Shown here: piece after piece, positions 38,983-48,033 of the stretch
Layout: each line of letters begins with the position of its first letter
Numbering within the stretch: the first letter of the stretch is position 1
Source: Fibrobacterales bacterium
GTDB taxonomy: Bacteria > Fibrobacterota > Fibrobacteria > Fibrobacterales > JAOPTW01
Direction of reading: 5' to 3'
DNA: 64,000 nt
Assembly (NCBI GenBank): GCA_051532035.1
Contig: JAOPTW010000045.1
Location: forward strand, 15,813 to 79,812
Notes under the pieces: generated by a model
The model's input: the letters and a program-made list of their open reading frames with translations, nothing else
Told to the model about the DNA's origin: nothing
The model's database searches: none
Position numbers and translations under genes: made by a program

Positions 38983-40776
38983 ATGAAATATTTTGATGCC
39001 GTGATCCTCGAAGAATTAAAAGGCCAAGCTGATATTGCTTCAGTAATCCAGGCTTACCTCCCTGTTAAACGCACGGGAAACAGTTATAAGTGTGTTTGCC
39101 CCTTTCATAATGACCATAGTCCTAGTATGCACATAACTCCCTCTATGGGGATCTATAAGTGCTTTGCTTGCGGAGCTGGCGGTGATGTCATTAAATTTGT
39201 TCAAGAGCACGATCGTATAGAATTTCCGGCAGCAGTTGAACGAGTTGCAGAGCTCACGGGGTATCAGCTTCCAGAGAAAGAGACTATGAAAGAGGGGGCT
39301 TCACGAGACCTCACTCAAATCAATGAGTTCACCGCCTATTTCTTCTATAATCAGCTCAAAGCAGCCCCTCAGGCAGTAGAATACCTTAAAAAACGTGGAT
39401 TATCAGCCGAAACCTGTGCCACTTTCAAGCTTGGTTGGGCGCCTGATTCTTGGGATATGCTCATGAAGAGTTGCAAAGAAAAAGGCTATACAGAGGATGC
39501 GCTCATAGAGGCGGGAGTTGTCGTTCAAAATGAGAAGGGGAAGGTGTACGATAAGTTTCGTTCACGACTCATGTTTCCCATCTTTAATCTATCTAAAAAA
39601 GTCATTGCTTTTGGCGGGCGAGTCCTCGATCCTGAGCAAAAACCAAAATATCTGAATAGCCCCGAAACAAGGCTCTATCATAAAAGTGAAGTGCTCTATG
39701 GCTTAAGTCATACCAAAGCAGACATCATGAAAGAAAATAGCGCTATTTTTGTTGAAGGCTATATGGATATGCTCCAGCTTTTTCAGGCAGGGGTGACCAA
39801 TGTGGTTTCTGTATCGGGAACGGCTCTCACTGCAGATCATGCAAAGTTAATTAAGCGCTATACCAATCGTGCATATCTTGTGTTTGATGGCGATGAAGCG
39901 GGGCAGAATGCGGCCCGTAAAAGTATTGAAACATTGCTCCATATTGGTATAGAAGTCAAAGTGTTACTCCTCCCAGAGGGTGAAGACCCTGATAGTATAG
40001 TGAAGAGTCATGGAGCAGACCATTTTAAAGGGCTCCTGAAGCGAGCGTATGATTTTGTTGATTTTACCTTTAATGGTATTAATCCTCGGACACTATCGCC
40101 AGAGAGTAAAGCGCAATATGTTACGCATATGAAGGGAATGCTCAAGCAAGTCCATGATGTTGTAGCGCGACAGGAGTACATAAAAAAAATTGCAGAACGA
40201 CTCGATATTAAAGAGACATTCCTTACTCAGACAATGCGCGTTCAGGCAAATGAAATGCCAACTTCTCCAGAACGAACAACAGTTGCTCGTACTTTTGACC
40301 CGGTAGAGTTGCGCCTACTCACTATTTTACTCCACAACGAATATCTCGTCGAAATCGCACTGAATACCTTTGATATTCAGTTGGTGCAGACAGAGGCTAT
40401 TGCAGAGCTTTTAGATTTCTGTTTTTGCCTTTTCGAAGAAGAGGGTGAGATAAATCTCAAAACACTCTATGATAAAATCCCCTCAGCACTTAAGCCACTT
40501 TTTGAGACTCTTGAAGAACCAGTAGATCTTTCATCAAATAAAGATGAACATAAAAATATGATTTTTAAAGATTATGTTGCGCATCTCCTCCAGTTAGAGC
40601 TTGTCTTTTTAAAAGAGCTCCAGTCCGGGCGTCGTGATCAATCATTTATGGTTATTCAAAAAGGTATCCGCGAGATCGCTCAACAAAAACAAAGCCTTGC
40701 ACAAGGGCTCTTTCTCCCGCAAGATATATTGACTCAATATCTTGGTTCTAAAAAAGATATTATGGAGGTGGTGTAA
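38983..40776 (+). CDS. dnaG: DNA primase
   Basis: CPFH...CFAC zinc finger; KYLNSPET; EGYMD; FDGDEAG; DPD. Confidence 0.97.
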   Translation: MKYFDAVILEELKGQADIASVIQAYLPVKRTGNSYKCVCPFHNDHSPSMHITPSMGIYKCFACGAGGDVIKFVQEHDRIEFPAAVERVAELTGYQLPEKETMKEGASRDLTQINEFTAYFFYNQLKAAPQAVEYLKKRGLSAETCATFKLGWAPDSWDMLMKSCKEKGYTEDALIEAGVVVQNEKGKVYDKFRSRLMFPIFNLSKKVIAFGGRVLDPEQKPKYLNSPETRLYHKSEVLYGLSHTKADIMKENSAIFVEGYMDMLQLFQAGVTNVVSVSGTALTADHAKLIKRYTNRAYLVFDGDEAGQNAARKSIETLLHIGIEVKVLLLPEGEDPDSIVKSHGADHFKGLLKRAYDFVDFTFNGINPRTLSPESKAQYVTHMKGMLKQVHDVVARQEYIKKIAERLDIKETFLTQTMRVQANEMPTSPERTTVARTFDPVELRLLTILLHNEYLVEIALNTFDIQLVQTEAIAELLDFCFCLFEEEGEINLKTLYDKIPSALKPLFETLEEPVDLSSNKDEHKNMIFKDYVAHLLQLELVFLKELQSGRRDQSFMVIQKGIREIAQQKQSLAQGLFLPQDILTQYLGSKKDIMEVV

Positions 40777-40902
40777 AGCCTCCCTCATCTTTTACCCTGT
40801 TAACCCTCAAGATTTAATAGAGTAACCCTCCTTATGGTTGTGTTTGCCCTGTTATTGTGGTATATTAGAACTATAGATACATACATACTTTGAGAGGCTA
40901 AA

Positions 40903-42261
40903 ATGACTGGTGGATATTCAGGTGCTTTGGATTTAGATATATTCATGGAAGGGCTCCGTAAGAGAAACCCTGGTGAGATAGAGTTTCATCAAGCAGTTGA
41001 AGAAGTTGCACGTACTGTTATTCCATATATTAATCAAAATCAGGAATATTTAAAAGCCCGTATTCTTGAGCGCCTCACTGAACCAGACCGCATTGTAAGT
41101 TTTAGAGTGTGTTGGGAAGATGACCAAGGCCATGTTCGTATTAACAGAGGGTATCGTGTTCAGTTTAATAATGCTATTGGCCCTTATAAAGGGGGCCTTC
41201 GATTTCACCCTACCGTAAGTTTGAGTGTACTTAAATTTCTCGGTTTTGAGCAAGTATTCAAAAATAGTCTAACCACATTACCTCTTGGTGGTGCAAAAGG
41301 TGGGGCTGATTTTAACCCTAAAGGAAAATCAGATAACGAGGTAATGCGTTTTTGCCAATCGTTCATGACTGAACTGGAGCAATATATTGGTACCCATGTT
41401 GATATTCCGGCAGGGGATATTGGGGTCAGTGCTCGTGAAATTGGGTATATGTATGGTCAGTACAAGCGCATGAAAAACGAGTTTCAAGGGGTGCTAACAG
41501 GCAAAGGAGTTCATTTTGGTGGGAGTTTAGTTCGTACCGAAGCGACCGGGTATGGGTGTGTCTATTTTGTTCAAAATATGTTACAGTACATAGGTAATTC
41601 CATCGAAGGAAAAAGGTGCTCTGTTTCTGGCTCAGGTAATGTAGCACTCTACACTGCCGAGAAAGTGATTCATCTTGGGGGCACGGTTCACACCTTGTCT
41701 GACTCCGGAGGCTTCATCTATGACGCAGATGGTATCACCCAAGAAAAACTCAATTGGATTATAGATCTTAAAACAAAACGTAGAGGACGCATTAAAGAGT
41801 ATGCCGATGAGTTTGACTGTGAATACCATGAAGGTAAACGGCCATGGATTATCCCTTGTGATATCGCCTTTCCATCGGCGACACAAAATGAAGTTAATGC
41901 AGAAGAAGCTAAAACCCTCGTAGATAATGGATTGATCGCTATTGGTGAAGGGGCAAATATGCCTTCATCTATAGAGGCTATCGATGTGTTTCAAGCGGCC
42001 AAAATTATTTACGGTCCGAGTAAAGCCGCTAATGCTGGTGGTGTGGCGGTGAGTGGTCTCGAGATGACTCAAAATAGTATGCGGATCAATTGGTCCCGTC
42101 GTGAGGTTGATGAGAAGTTGCAAGAGATTATGCGTGAGATACATGATCAGTGCGTAAGGTATGGTGAGACGCCTAATGGTTGGGTGGACTATGTATCCGG
42201 TGCCAACATTGCTGGCTTTGTGAAGGTTGCCGACTCAATGCTCGCTTACGGGATAGTTTAG
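40903..42261 (+). CDS. gdhA: NADP-specific glutamate dehydrogenase
   Basis: GPYKGGLRFHP, GGAKGG, PAGDIGV, EATGYG, GSGNVA, KAANAGGV. Confidence 0.97.
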   Translation: MTGGYSGALDLDIFMEGLRKRNPGEIEFHQAVEEVARTVIPYINQNQEYLKARILERLTEPDRIVSFRVCWEDDQGHVRINRGYRVQFNNAIGPYKGGLRFHPTVSLSVLKFLGFEQVFKNSLTTLPLGGAKGGADFNPKGKSDNEVMRFCQSFMTELEQYIGTHVDIPAGDIGVSAREIGYMYGQYKRMKNEFQGVLTGKGVHFGGSLVRTEATGYGCVYFVQNMLQYIGNSIEGKRCSVSGSGNVALYTAEKVIHLGGTVHTLSDSGGFIYDADGITQEKLNWIIDLKTKRRGRIKEYADEFDCEYHEGKRPWIIPCDIAFPSATQNEVNAEEAKTLVDNGLIAIGEGANMPSSIEAIDVFQAAKIIYGPSKAANAGGVAVSGLEMTQNSMRINWSRREVDEKLQEIMREIHDQCVRYGETPNGWVDYVSGANIAGFVKVADSMLAYGIV

Positions 42262-42360
42262 TATTTAAGAAGTGTCTACTTCGTTGCTGAATACTTGACG
42301 TACCGTTTGTACGCCTACGCATCCAGCGCCTCATATCCATCTTCTTAAATCCTAAACTAT
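42253..42360. repeat. 108-nt long imperfect hairpin element, copy A
   Basis: Terminal IR ATAGTTTAG(T)ATTTAAGAAG / CTTCTTAAAT(C)CTAAACTAT; core TCTAC..CGTT...GACGTAC-N5-GTACGCCT...GCCT shared with 62010-62116. Confidence 0.85.
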
Positions 42361-42364
42361 GTTA

Positions 42365-42572
42365 TCGCTGGGTCACCGAAGGTGACCGTTGCTTGCTTGC
42401 CGCTTGCTCGTTCCCTTTGGGAACGTTGCTTGCCTGTTGCTTGATCACCTTTGGTGATCGTTGCTCTTGCTCTTTTGTTTGCTTGCTCCCTTGGGAGCCT
42501 TGCTTGGTTGCTTGGTCACTTAAGTTGACCGTTACTTTTTCTTTTGCTTGATCACCTTTGGTGATCCTTGCT
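42365..42572. repeat. Array of six short REP-like hairpins with TTGC-rich linkers
   Basis: Stems start at 42371, 42409, 42443, 42485, 42514 and 42550; units 3 and 6 identical over TTGCTTGATCACCTTTGGTGATC. Confidence 0.85.
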
Positions 42573-42645
42573 TTTCCTTATTCTTGCTTGCTCTATATGG
42601 GTTATTTATTCCTATCTTTTTTGTTGGTTTTATGGGGATGTTTTG

Positions 42646-43992
42646 ATGGCGAAAGTTAAGGGACTTGGGGGGAAGAGGGCTCCGAAGAAGGGTAGGGCTC
42701 GTAAAAAGAGTACGGGCAAGAAGGGTGGAAAGTGGTATGGATTTTTGCTTCGACCTAAAATGCTATTGGTATTGGGCTTGCTCTGTTATGGGCTTTTTGC
42801 CTCGTGGCCAGCGACGACATTACTTCGTGGGGCGGTGAAGTTCTTTTATCCCAGTCACTATAATTCAGTATCTATAGAAGGGGCGCGTGTATCAGTGCTC
42901 TTTGGGGTTACTTTTGATAAATTGAAGATGTCGGTACCTATTAAGGGTAAGGCTGTGTCCGTATCTTTGCGGGAGGCCTCACTTGACTTGAGTTATCTTT
43001 CGCTCATAATGGGAGAACTTAAGCTTGGGAAATTTAGAGCAGTTAGAGGACGAGTGGATATACCCGAGTCTCTCTCTATTCCCTTTGATGTAGGGACTAT
43101 CCCATTTAGTGCTATTACGTTACTCAATAAATTTGATGCTGTTGTCCCAAAGAAGATAGAAATTTACGATTTTACTGCATTGTATGGAAGTAAAAAGCAG
43201 ACGGTTGGGTCCCTTCTTCTTGGTATTGATAATGGCGAAAAAGAATATGCTATTACGACCACAAATCTGAGGTCGACTCTATTCCCAGATGTGCCTTTTT
43301 TTACTGCAACAATTACCATAGCGGGCTCCAAATGGCGGGTCTCTCACTGTACCGTCAAAACTCCCGAAGGGGGAGAGCTCTCTGGAGCGATGACTGTGGA
43401 TTTAAAGAAGAAACTCCTTACTCAAGTTAATGTGGAGCTTCATGGTTTTGAGCTTGGATGGATTGCTCCAATGGTCTTACATAATCGTGCGCATATTTCT
43501 GGTGCTGTTTCAGGGAAGGTGGTACTTTCAAATCGCGCAGAGGTTATTGCAGGGAATTATCTTACCATTAAAAATCTTGAATTGCAGTCATGGCCTTTTC
43601 AGAAGAAGTTTCCTTTGGCTGGCCAAAAGGCGCTATCGCGGTTACAGTTTTCAAAAGTATCTATGAAAGATATTGCTCTCAGTAGTCGTCGTATAACATG
43701 GGGCTCTCTCCATGCTGTGGGTAATAAACTTTCTATCATAGCACGGGGTTCGGTGAGCCAGTCTGGGGCTCTTTCTCTCAACCTAAAAGGGGTTGTTGCT
43801 CCTGCAGTAGTTAAACAGTTGAGTTACTCTGGGCGCTTGGCTCTTGGGGGCAACACCGATGGTGCCTTTAAAGGGAGAGTAGAAGGAACTATTAAGGATC
43901 AATCCCTTATACTTGATGGGAGTGTCTATGGGGCTGCTATTGTGAACCAGTTTAAAAATATTGGTTCTGCATTTACCGATCTATTTGATTAG
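42646..43992 (+). CDS. Membrane-anchored AsmA-like / beta-rich hypothetical protein
   Basis: Basic N-terminus, one TM helix, repeated beta strands; start refined from 42568 (GGGGA RBS). Confidence 0.7.
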   Translation: MAKVKGLGGKRAPKKGRARKKSTGKKGGKWYGFLLRPKMLLVLGLLCYGLFASWPATTLLRGAVKFFYPSHYNSVSIEGARVSVLFGVTFDKLKMSVPIKGKAVSVSLREASLDLSYLSLIMGELKLGKFRAVRGRVDIPESLSIPFDVGTIPFSAITLLNKFDAVVPKKIEIYDFTALYGSKKQTVGSLLLGIDNGEKEYAITTTNLRSTLFPDVPFFTATITIAGSKWRVSHCTVKTPEGGELSGAMTVDLKKKLLTQVNVELHGFELGWIAPMVLHNRAHISGAVSGKVVLSNRAEVIAGNYLTIKNLELQSWPFQKKFPLAGQKALSRLQFSKVSMKDIALSSRRITWGSLHAVGNKLSIIARGSVSQSGALSLNLKGVVAPAVVKQLSYSGRLALGGNTDGAFKGRVEGTIKDQSLILDGSVYGAAIVNQFKNIGSAFTDLFD

Positions 43993-45189
43993 AACTTCTT
44001 CGCGCGGAACCTTTACAAAAAAAGTGAAGAGTATAAGTGAAGCGACACCAAACAGTGACGCAACAAGGTAAACCATTCGTAGGTCGTACCATTCCCAAAT
44101 CAAGCCAGCGAGTTTACCTGCTAAACCACCACCCAGCCCAGCGATGACCATTGCAGAATAGACTTGAATGAGGTGGAGGTGTTTTTCTCCATAGACTCGT
44201 TTAAAGAATATGCTGGTCCCTGCAAGAGTTGCTCCATAGAAGAGGCCGTGCAGTGTCTGTACTAAATAGAACAGTGGTACGGTAGTGGTTATAGATATTA
44301 ATGCCATCCTGAGGAGCATTACAGAAATGCCTACCGCAATGAGCGTTTTGAGTTCAAAGCGTTTGAGGATAGTAATAGAAAGGAGTATGAGTGGGACTTC
44401 TGCAAAGGTTGCAATATACCAGGCAGTGCCAACCATCGCGTTGGTACCATTGAGTTCGTTTTGCATAAAATTACCCACCAGTGTCGAGCCCATATTGGCT
44501 CCAGTATTTGCCAAAAATATGGCACTAACCATAAGGAAGGTATTCTTTTGTGAGAGCTGTTTCACTGTTGTTGCAAAAGAGGTAAAAACATTGGTTCTTG
44601 TGGTGCGTGACTCTGTGGGGATCACTGACCGGTTACCCAGCGAAAAAAGGAGTGCTATTATTGCAAAGAGTGCAAAGAGATAGTAGACTTGTTGAAGGGT
44701 AAAACTCTCTGCCAAAAATGAAGAGATGAGGCATGAGATGGCAAAACCAAGAGTAGCAATTGAGCGCAAAAACAAAAAGTAGCCACTCCCTTGTGAGCGC
44801 GTGGCTATTTGAATATTAGTTTGGCCAATGGTGAATACTAGAGAAACGCTAAATGAGAGAGTAAAAAAGGTCGCATAAATAGCGTATAGGTTTGTGAGCG
44901 ATGGGAAGAAGAGGTAGAGGAGTGCGATAGTTAGGAGCACAAGGCTTAATAAGGTATTAGGATTGGGGATGAGGGCCGAGATAACCGAAACAAGGAGCGG
45001 GGCAAGTACCGAGGCAAGTGCCCCAATCATAAAAACAGTGCCGATGGTTTTAGGCGAAAGGCCCATGTTTTGTTCCATCACGACGCCATGGTATTGAAAT
45101 GAGGCGATGGCGCCAAATGCAAAAAATATAAGGAGTGCAGATTGGCGGATGGTCTTGTTGGTAAAAAGAGGAGTCAGAAGGTGGAGCAC
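43981..45189 (-). CDS. MFS transporter (MFS_1-like)
   Basis: About 12 TM helices; LRSIATLGF, AEVP, QTLHG motifs. Confidence 0.88.
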   Translation of the reverse strand: MLHLLTPLFTNKTIRQSALLIFFAFGAIASFQYHGVVMEQNMGLSPKTIGTVFMIGALASVLAPLLVSVISALIPNPNTLLSLVLLTIALLYLFFPSLTNLYAIYATFFTLSFSVSLVFTIGQTNIQIATRSQGSGYFLFLRSIATLGFAISCLISSFLAESFTLQQVYYLFALFAIIALLFSLGNRSVIPTESRTTRTNVFTSFATTVKQLSQKNTFLMVSAIFLANTGANMGSTLVGNFMQNELNGTNAMVGTAWYIATFAEVPLILLSITILKRFELKTLIAVGISVMLLRMALISITTTVPLFYLVQTLHGLFYGATLAGTSIFFKRVYGEKHLHLIQVYSAMVIAGLGGGLAGKLAGLIWEWYDLRMVYLVASLFGVASLILFTFFVKVPREEVLIK

Positions 45190-45869
45190 TACTGCGCGCC
45201 TTCATTGTTTTGAGATGCGCGAGTTATGAGAGGGTCAATAACACCTGCTGTATCAAACCCTTTTTGGCGAAGGAGACATGATGGGCATACGCCGCAGGGT
45301 GGGAACTGCCCTTCGTAACAAGTGTGAGACCAGGCAAGCGCCTCTAATCCACCAACTTCTTGGGCGAGGGTTACGGTTTCGGCTTTTGACAAATCCATCA
45401 ATGGAGTGTGAATGGTAAATGAAAATTCCATACCGAGAGATATTGATTGTTGGAGTGACTCCATTGTGTTTTTGCGACAGTCAGGGTATCCACTATAATC
45501 GGCCTCACAAACTCCGGTAATAAGGTTTGGGATCTTTTTTTGGTAGGCCCACGCCGCAGCATAGGTCATAAAAATAAGGTTGCGTCCTGGTACGAATGTG
45601 TTGGGGAGTTCACCATCAGTATGAATAATTTTGGTCTCATGGTCGAGTAATGCATTTGCACCGAGCTGCTTGAATGTATCAATCTTCAGCATCTTAAGAG
45701 GGGTACCGCTCTTTTTTGCAATGGTTCTTGCTGAATCGAGTTCGATGGTGTGACGCTGCCCATAATCAAAACAGATTGCTTCTACCTGGTCAAATTGTTT
45801 TTTGGCCCAGTAGAGGCAGGTAGTAGAGTCTTGGCCACCACTAAAAACAACGAGAGCCTTAGAAGTCAT
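45189..45869 (-). CDS. queC: 7-cyano-7-deazaguanine synthase
   Basis: SGGQDSTTCL, YGQRH, TFVPGRN, YSGYPDCR, TCY...CGVCPSC. Confidence 0.96.
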   Translation of the reverse strand: MTSKALVVFSGGQDSTTCLYWAKKQFDQVEAICFDYGQRHTIELDSARTIAKKSGTPLKMLKIDTFKQLGANALLDHETKIIHTDGELPNTFVPGRNLIFMTYAAAWAYQKKIPNLITGVCEADYSGYPDCRKNTMESLQQSISLGMEFSFTIHTPLMDLSKAETVTLAQEVGGLEALAWSHTCYEGQFPPCGVCPSCLLRQKGFDTAGVIDPLITRASQNNEGAQ

Positions 45870-46566
45870 TGGTTACTCCGAGAGTAAAGAGGGCGTCGTT
45901 CTCTTGGCGTTTACCGGCAACACCAAAGGTGATATCAAAATCGAGCTGGGTATTGTTGGATAAGTGGAGACGTACACCGGGAGCCATATCGAAGGCAATC
46001 TTATCGCCAAAATCTTCGTTAAGCGCGCTGGACAAGGTAAATGCTGCGCGAAGTTCGACACTGCTATTGAGGTATATGTTCGGGTAATAACCGAGCTCAC
46101 TATGACAGAGGTCTCCTTGAGTGATACCATCAAAAAAACCTACTTTAACGAGATAGAGATGGGAAAATTTTTGAGTGACCCATGAACGTGAGAGGTAGGT
46201 GAATGCAGCTCCACCACTTTTATCATCACCGAGCCCAATTAACACGTCCATCTGTACTTTGTCGTTTTTTCGGACTCGTACGCTGACACCAAGATCAAGT
46301 TGAAGTCTAATAGTACTGAAGTAGTCTTTTTGAGCACGATAGTTAAGGCTCCCTCCAAGCTCGAGTGCCTCGTTGAGCCCGAGCTTAATACCCAATGGCA
46401 TCAACATATCCCCATCAAAATGGGTAGAAAGGGCGGTATATGCTTTGGCGCGGTTAGCCTTAAAGGTCTCGGGGTACAGCTGATAACGGGCATTGTGAAC
46501 AGCATTATAACTAAAGAGGATAGAACTGAAACAACAGATGATTGTGAGTATGCGAAATAATTTCAT
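45859..46566 (-). CDS. Probable outer-membrane beta-barrel protein
   Basis: Signal peptide; amphipathic strands; C-terminal Phe (LGVTNDF); start refined from 46593. Confidence 0.7.
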   Translation of the reverse strand: MKLFRILTIICCFSSILFSYNAVHNARYQLYPETFKANRAKAYTALSTHFDGDMLMPLGIKLGLNEALELGGSLNYRAQKDYFSTIRLQLDLGVSVRVRKNDKVQMDVLIGLGDDKSGGAAFTYLSRSWVTQKFSHLYLVKVGFFDGITQGDLCHSELGYYPNIYLNSSVELRAAFTLSSALNEDFGDKIAFDMAPGVRLHLSNNTQLDFDITFGVAGKRQENDALFTLGVTNDF

Positions 46567-46736
46567 GGAGCCAATTTCTTTGTTTTCATTCAAAAATAAA
46601 AAATAGCAAGGAAGTGCGAGTGAAATTTAATGGCTCGGTCGTATTAGAATGTAAACAGGTCTTGGGGTTATGGTCCTGAGGGTGCTATAGAATAGGGGAT
46701 GAAAGGTTGAAATGTTTGAGCTTACTTATTGATTGT

Positions 46737-46843
46737 AAAAAAAACAAAAGCCGATTTGCATCGGCTTTTGTAGTTAAGCAACTAGCAGACAATATGCTTA
46801 ACAAAGAGCCGGCATTTAGATGAGAGAGGTAGATGCCGGCTCT
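46737..46843 (-). ncRNA. Candidate small RNA (three hairpins, the last a terminator)
   Basis: AGAGCCGGCAT/ATGCCGGCTCT stem, GTTAAGCA/TGCTTAAC stem, AAAAGCCGAT-GCAA-ATCGGCTTTT plus T8; TATATTGT 4 nt upstream. Confidence 0.55.
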
Positions 46844-46947
46844 AAAAACAATATATCATACTTTTATATAATTGTCCGTAATTACTTACTAAGAAATATA
46901 AATATTTCTAATTTTTACATTTGTTTAACATTGATAAGAAAATAAAT

Positions 46948-48033
46948 ATGTCCATCGTTCGGGCTGCATTAAGCGGCATAAAAGCATATGTTCCTGGTAA
47001 ATCTGTCCAGGAAGTTCAAGAAGAATTTAATCTTTCATCCATCATCAAATTAGCGTCAAATGAAAATCCTCTTGGAGTTTCGAGAAAAGCACAGCAAGCT
47101 ATTGCTATTGCATCTAAAGGGATCAATCGCTATCCTCTTGGGCATTCTCCACAGTTGACGAATGCTATCGCAACGAAATTAGGCGTTTTACCATCAAATA
47201 TCCTCTTTAGTAATGGTTCTGATGAAATGATTCAGATGATCACTGCGACCTATTTGAATCCAGGTGAAGAGGTGCTCTCAAGTGAACACACCTTTTCTGA
47301 ATATAAATTTGGAACACTTTTATTCGATGGAGTCTATCGTTCGGTTCCTATGAAGAACTGGAATCACGATCTTGCTGGTATACGAAAAGCGATTACTAAA
47401 AAGACGAAAATAATATTTATTTGTAATCCTAATAATCCGACAGGGACATGGATACCCAAAAATGAGCTTACTCAGTTTTTGTCTGAAGTCCCTAAAGATG
47501 TGATGGTTGTGGTCGATCAAGCCTATAATGAGTATGCAAGTGACCCTGAATACCCTGATTTAATTGACGAAATCAATGAATTTGAAAATGTGATTCTCCT
47601 GCGCACCTTCTCAAAAGTGTATGGCCTTGCTGGGCTACGTATAGGATATGCCCTAGCGCAGAGCGCCACCATTGAAACAATGGTTAAGGTCAAACAGCCA
47701 TTTAATGTAAATATAATTGCACAGGCAGCAGCTGAAGCCATTTTGACTGATTCTGACTATATTCAGAGTTCCATGACGACTAATATTGAAGGAATGGAAC
47801 AGCTGTACGCCTATTTAGATTCTAAAAAATTGGAGTATCTAGAAACACAGGGTAATTTTATAGCAGTACATATTGGTTTTGGCGCTATTGATTTAGTCAA
47901 AACCTTAGAGTCTCGAGGGATGATAATTCGATCTCTCAAAAGCTTTGATATGTCTGAATGGGTTCGTATAACTATAGGACTTAAAGAACAGAATGACGTT
48001 TTGATTAGCCTACTTGAGGAGTATCTCGTATGA
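46948..48033 (+). CDS. hisC: Histidinol-phosphate aminotransferase
   Basis: KLASNENP, NGSDE, CNPNNPTG, RTFSKVYGLAGLRIGY; start refined from 46921. Confidence 0.95.
   Translation: MSIVRAALSGIKAYVPGKSVQEVQEEFNLSSIIKLASNENPLGVSRKAQQAIAIASKGINRYPLGHSPQLTNAIATKLGVLPSNILFSNGSDEMIQMITATYLNPGEEVLSSEHTFSEYKFGTLLFDGVYRSVPMKNWNHDLAGIRKAITKKTKIIFICNPNNPTGTWIPKNELTQFLSEVPKDVMVVVDQAYNEYASDPEYPDLIDEINEFENVILLRTFSKVYGLAGLRIGYALAQSATIETMVKVKQPFNVNIIAQAAAEAILTDSDYIQSSMTTNIEGMEQLYAYLDSKKLEYLETQGNFIAVHIGFGAIDLVKTLESRGMIIRSLKSFDMSEWVRITIGLKEQNDVLISLLEEYLV

Noticed and set aside
42253..42360. Integron attC site (also 62010-62116)
   Set aside because: Ends read GTT...AAC, the reverse of RYYYAAC...GTTRRRY; flanking genes are housekeeping; no integrase
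42365..42572. CRISPR array
   Set aside because: No constant repeat with unique spacers; linkers are low-complexity; no cas genes in the window
42568..42645. N-terminal extension of the 42568 ORF
   Set aside because: TTG start lies in the T-rich repeat tail; ATG 42646 has an RBS
45189..45869. QueC as part of an anti-phage system (Qat, CBASS type IV, Dpd)
   Set aside because: Canonical length and motifs; no defence genes nearby
46567..46736. Known preQ1 riboswitch upstream of the queC operon
   Set aside because: No preQ1-I consensus (short stem with GTTC loop and A-rich tail) recognisable
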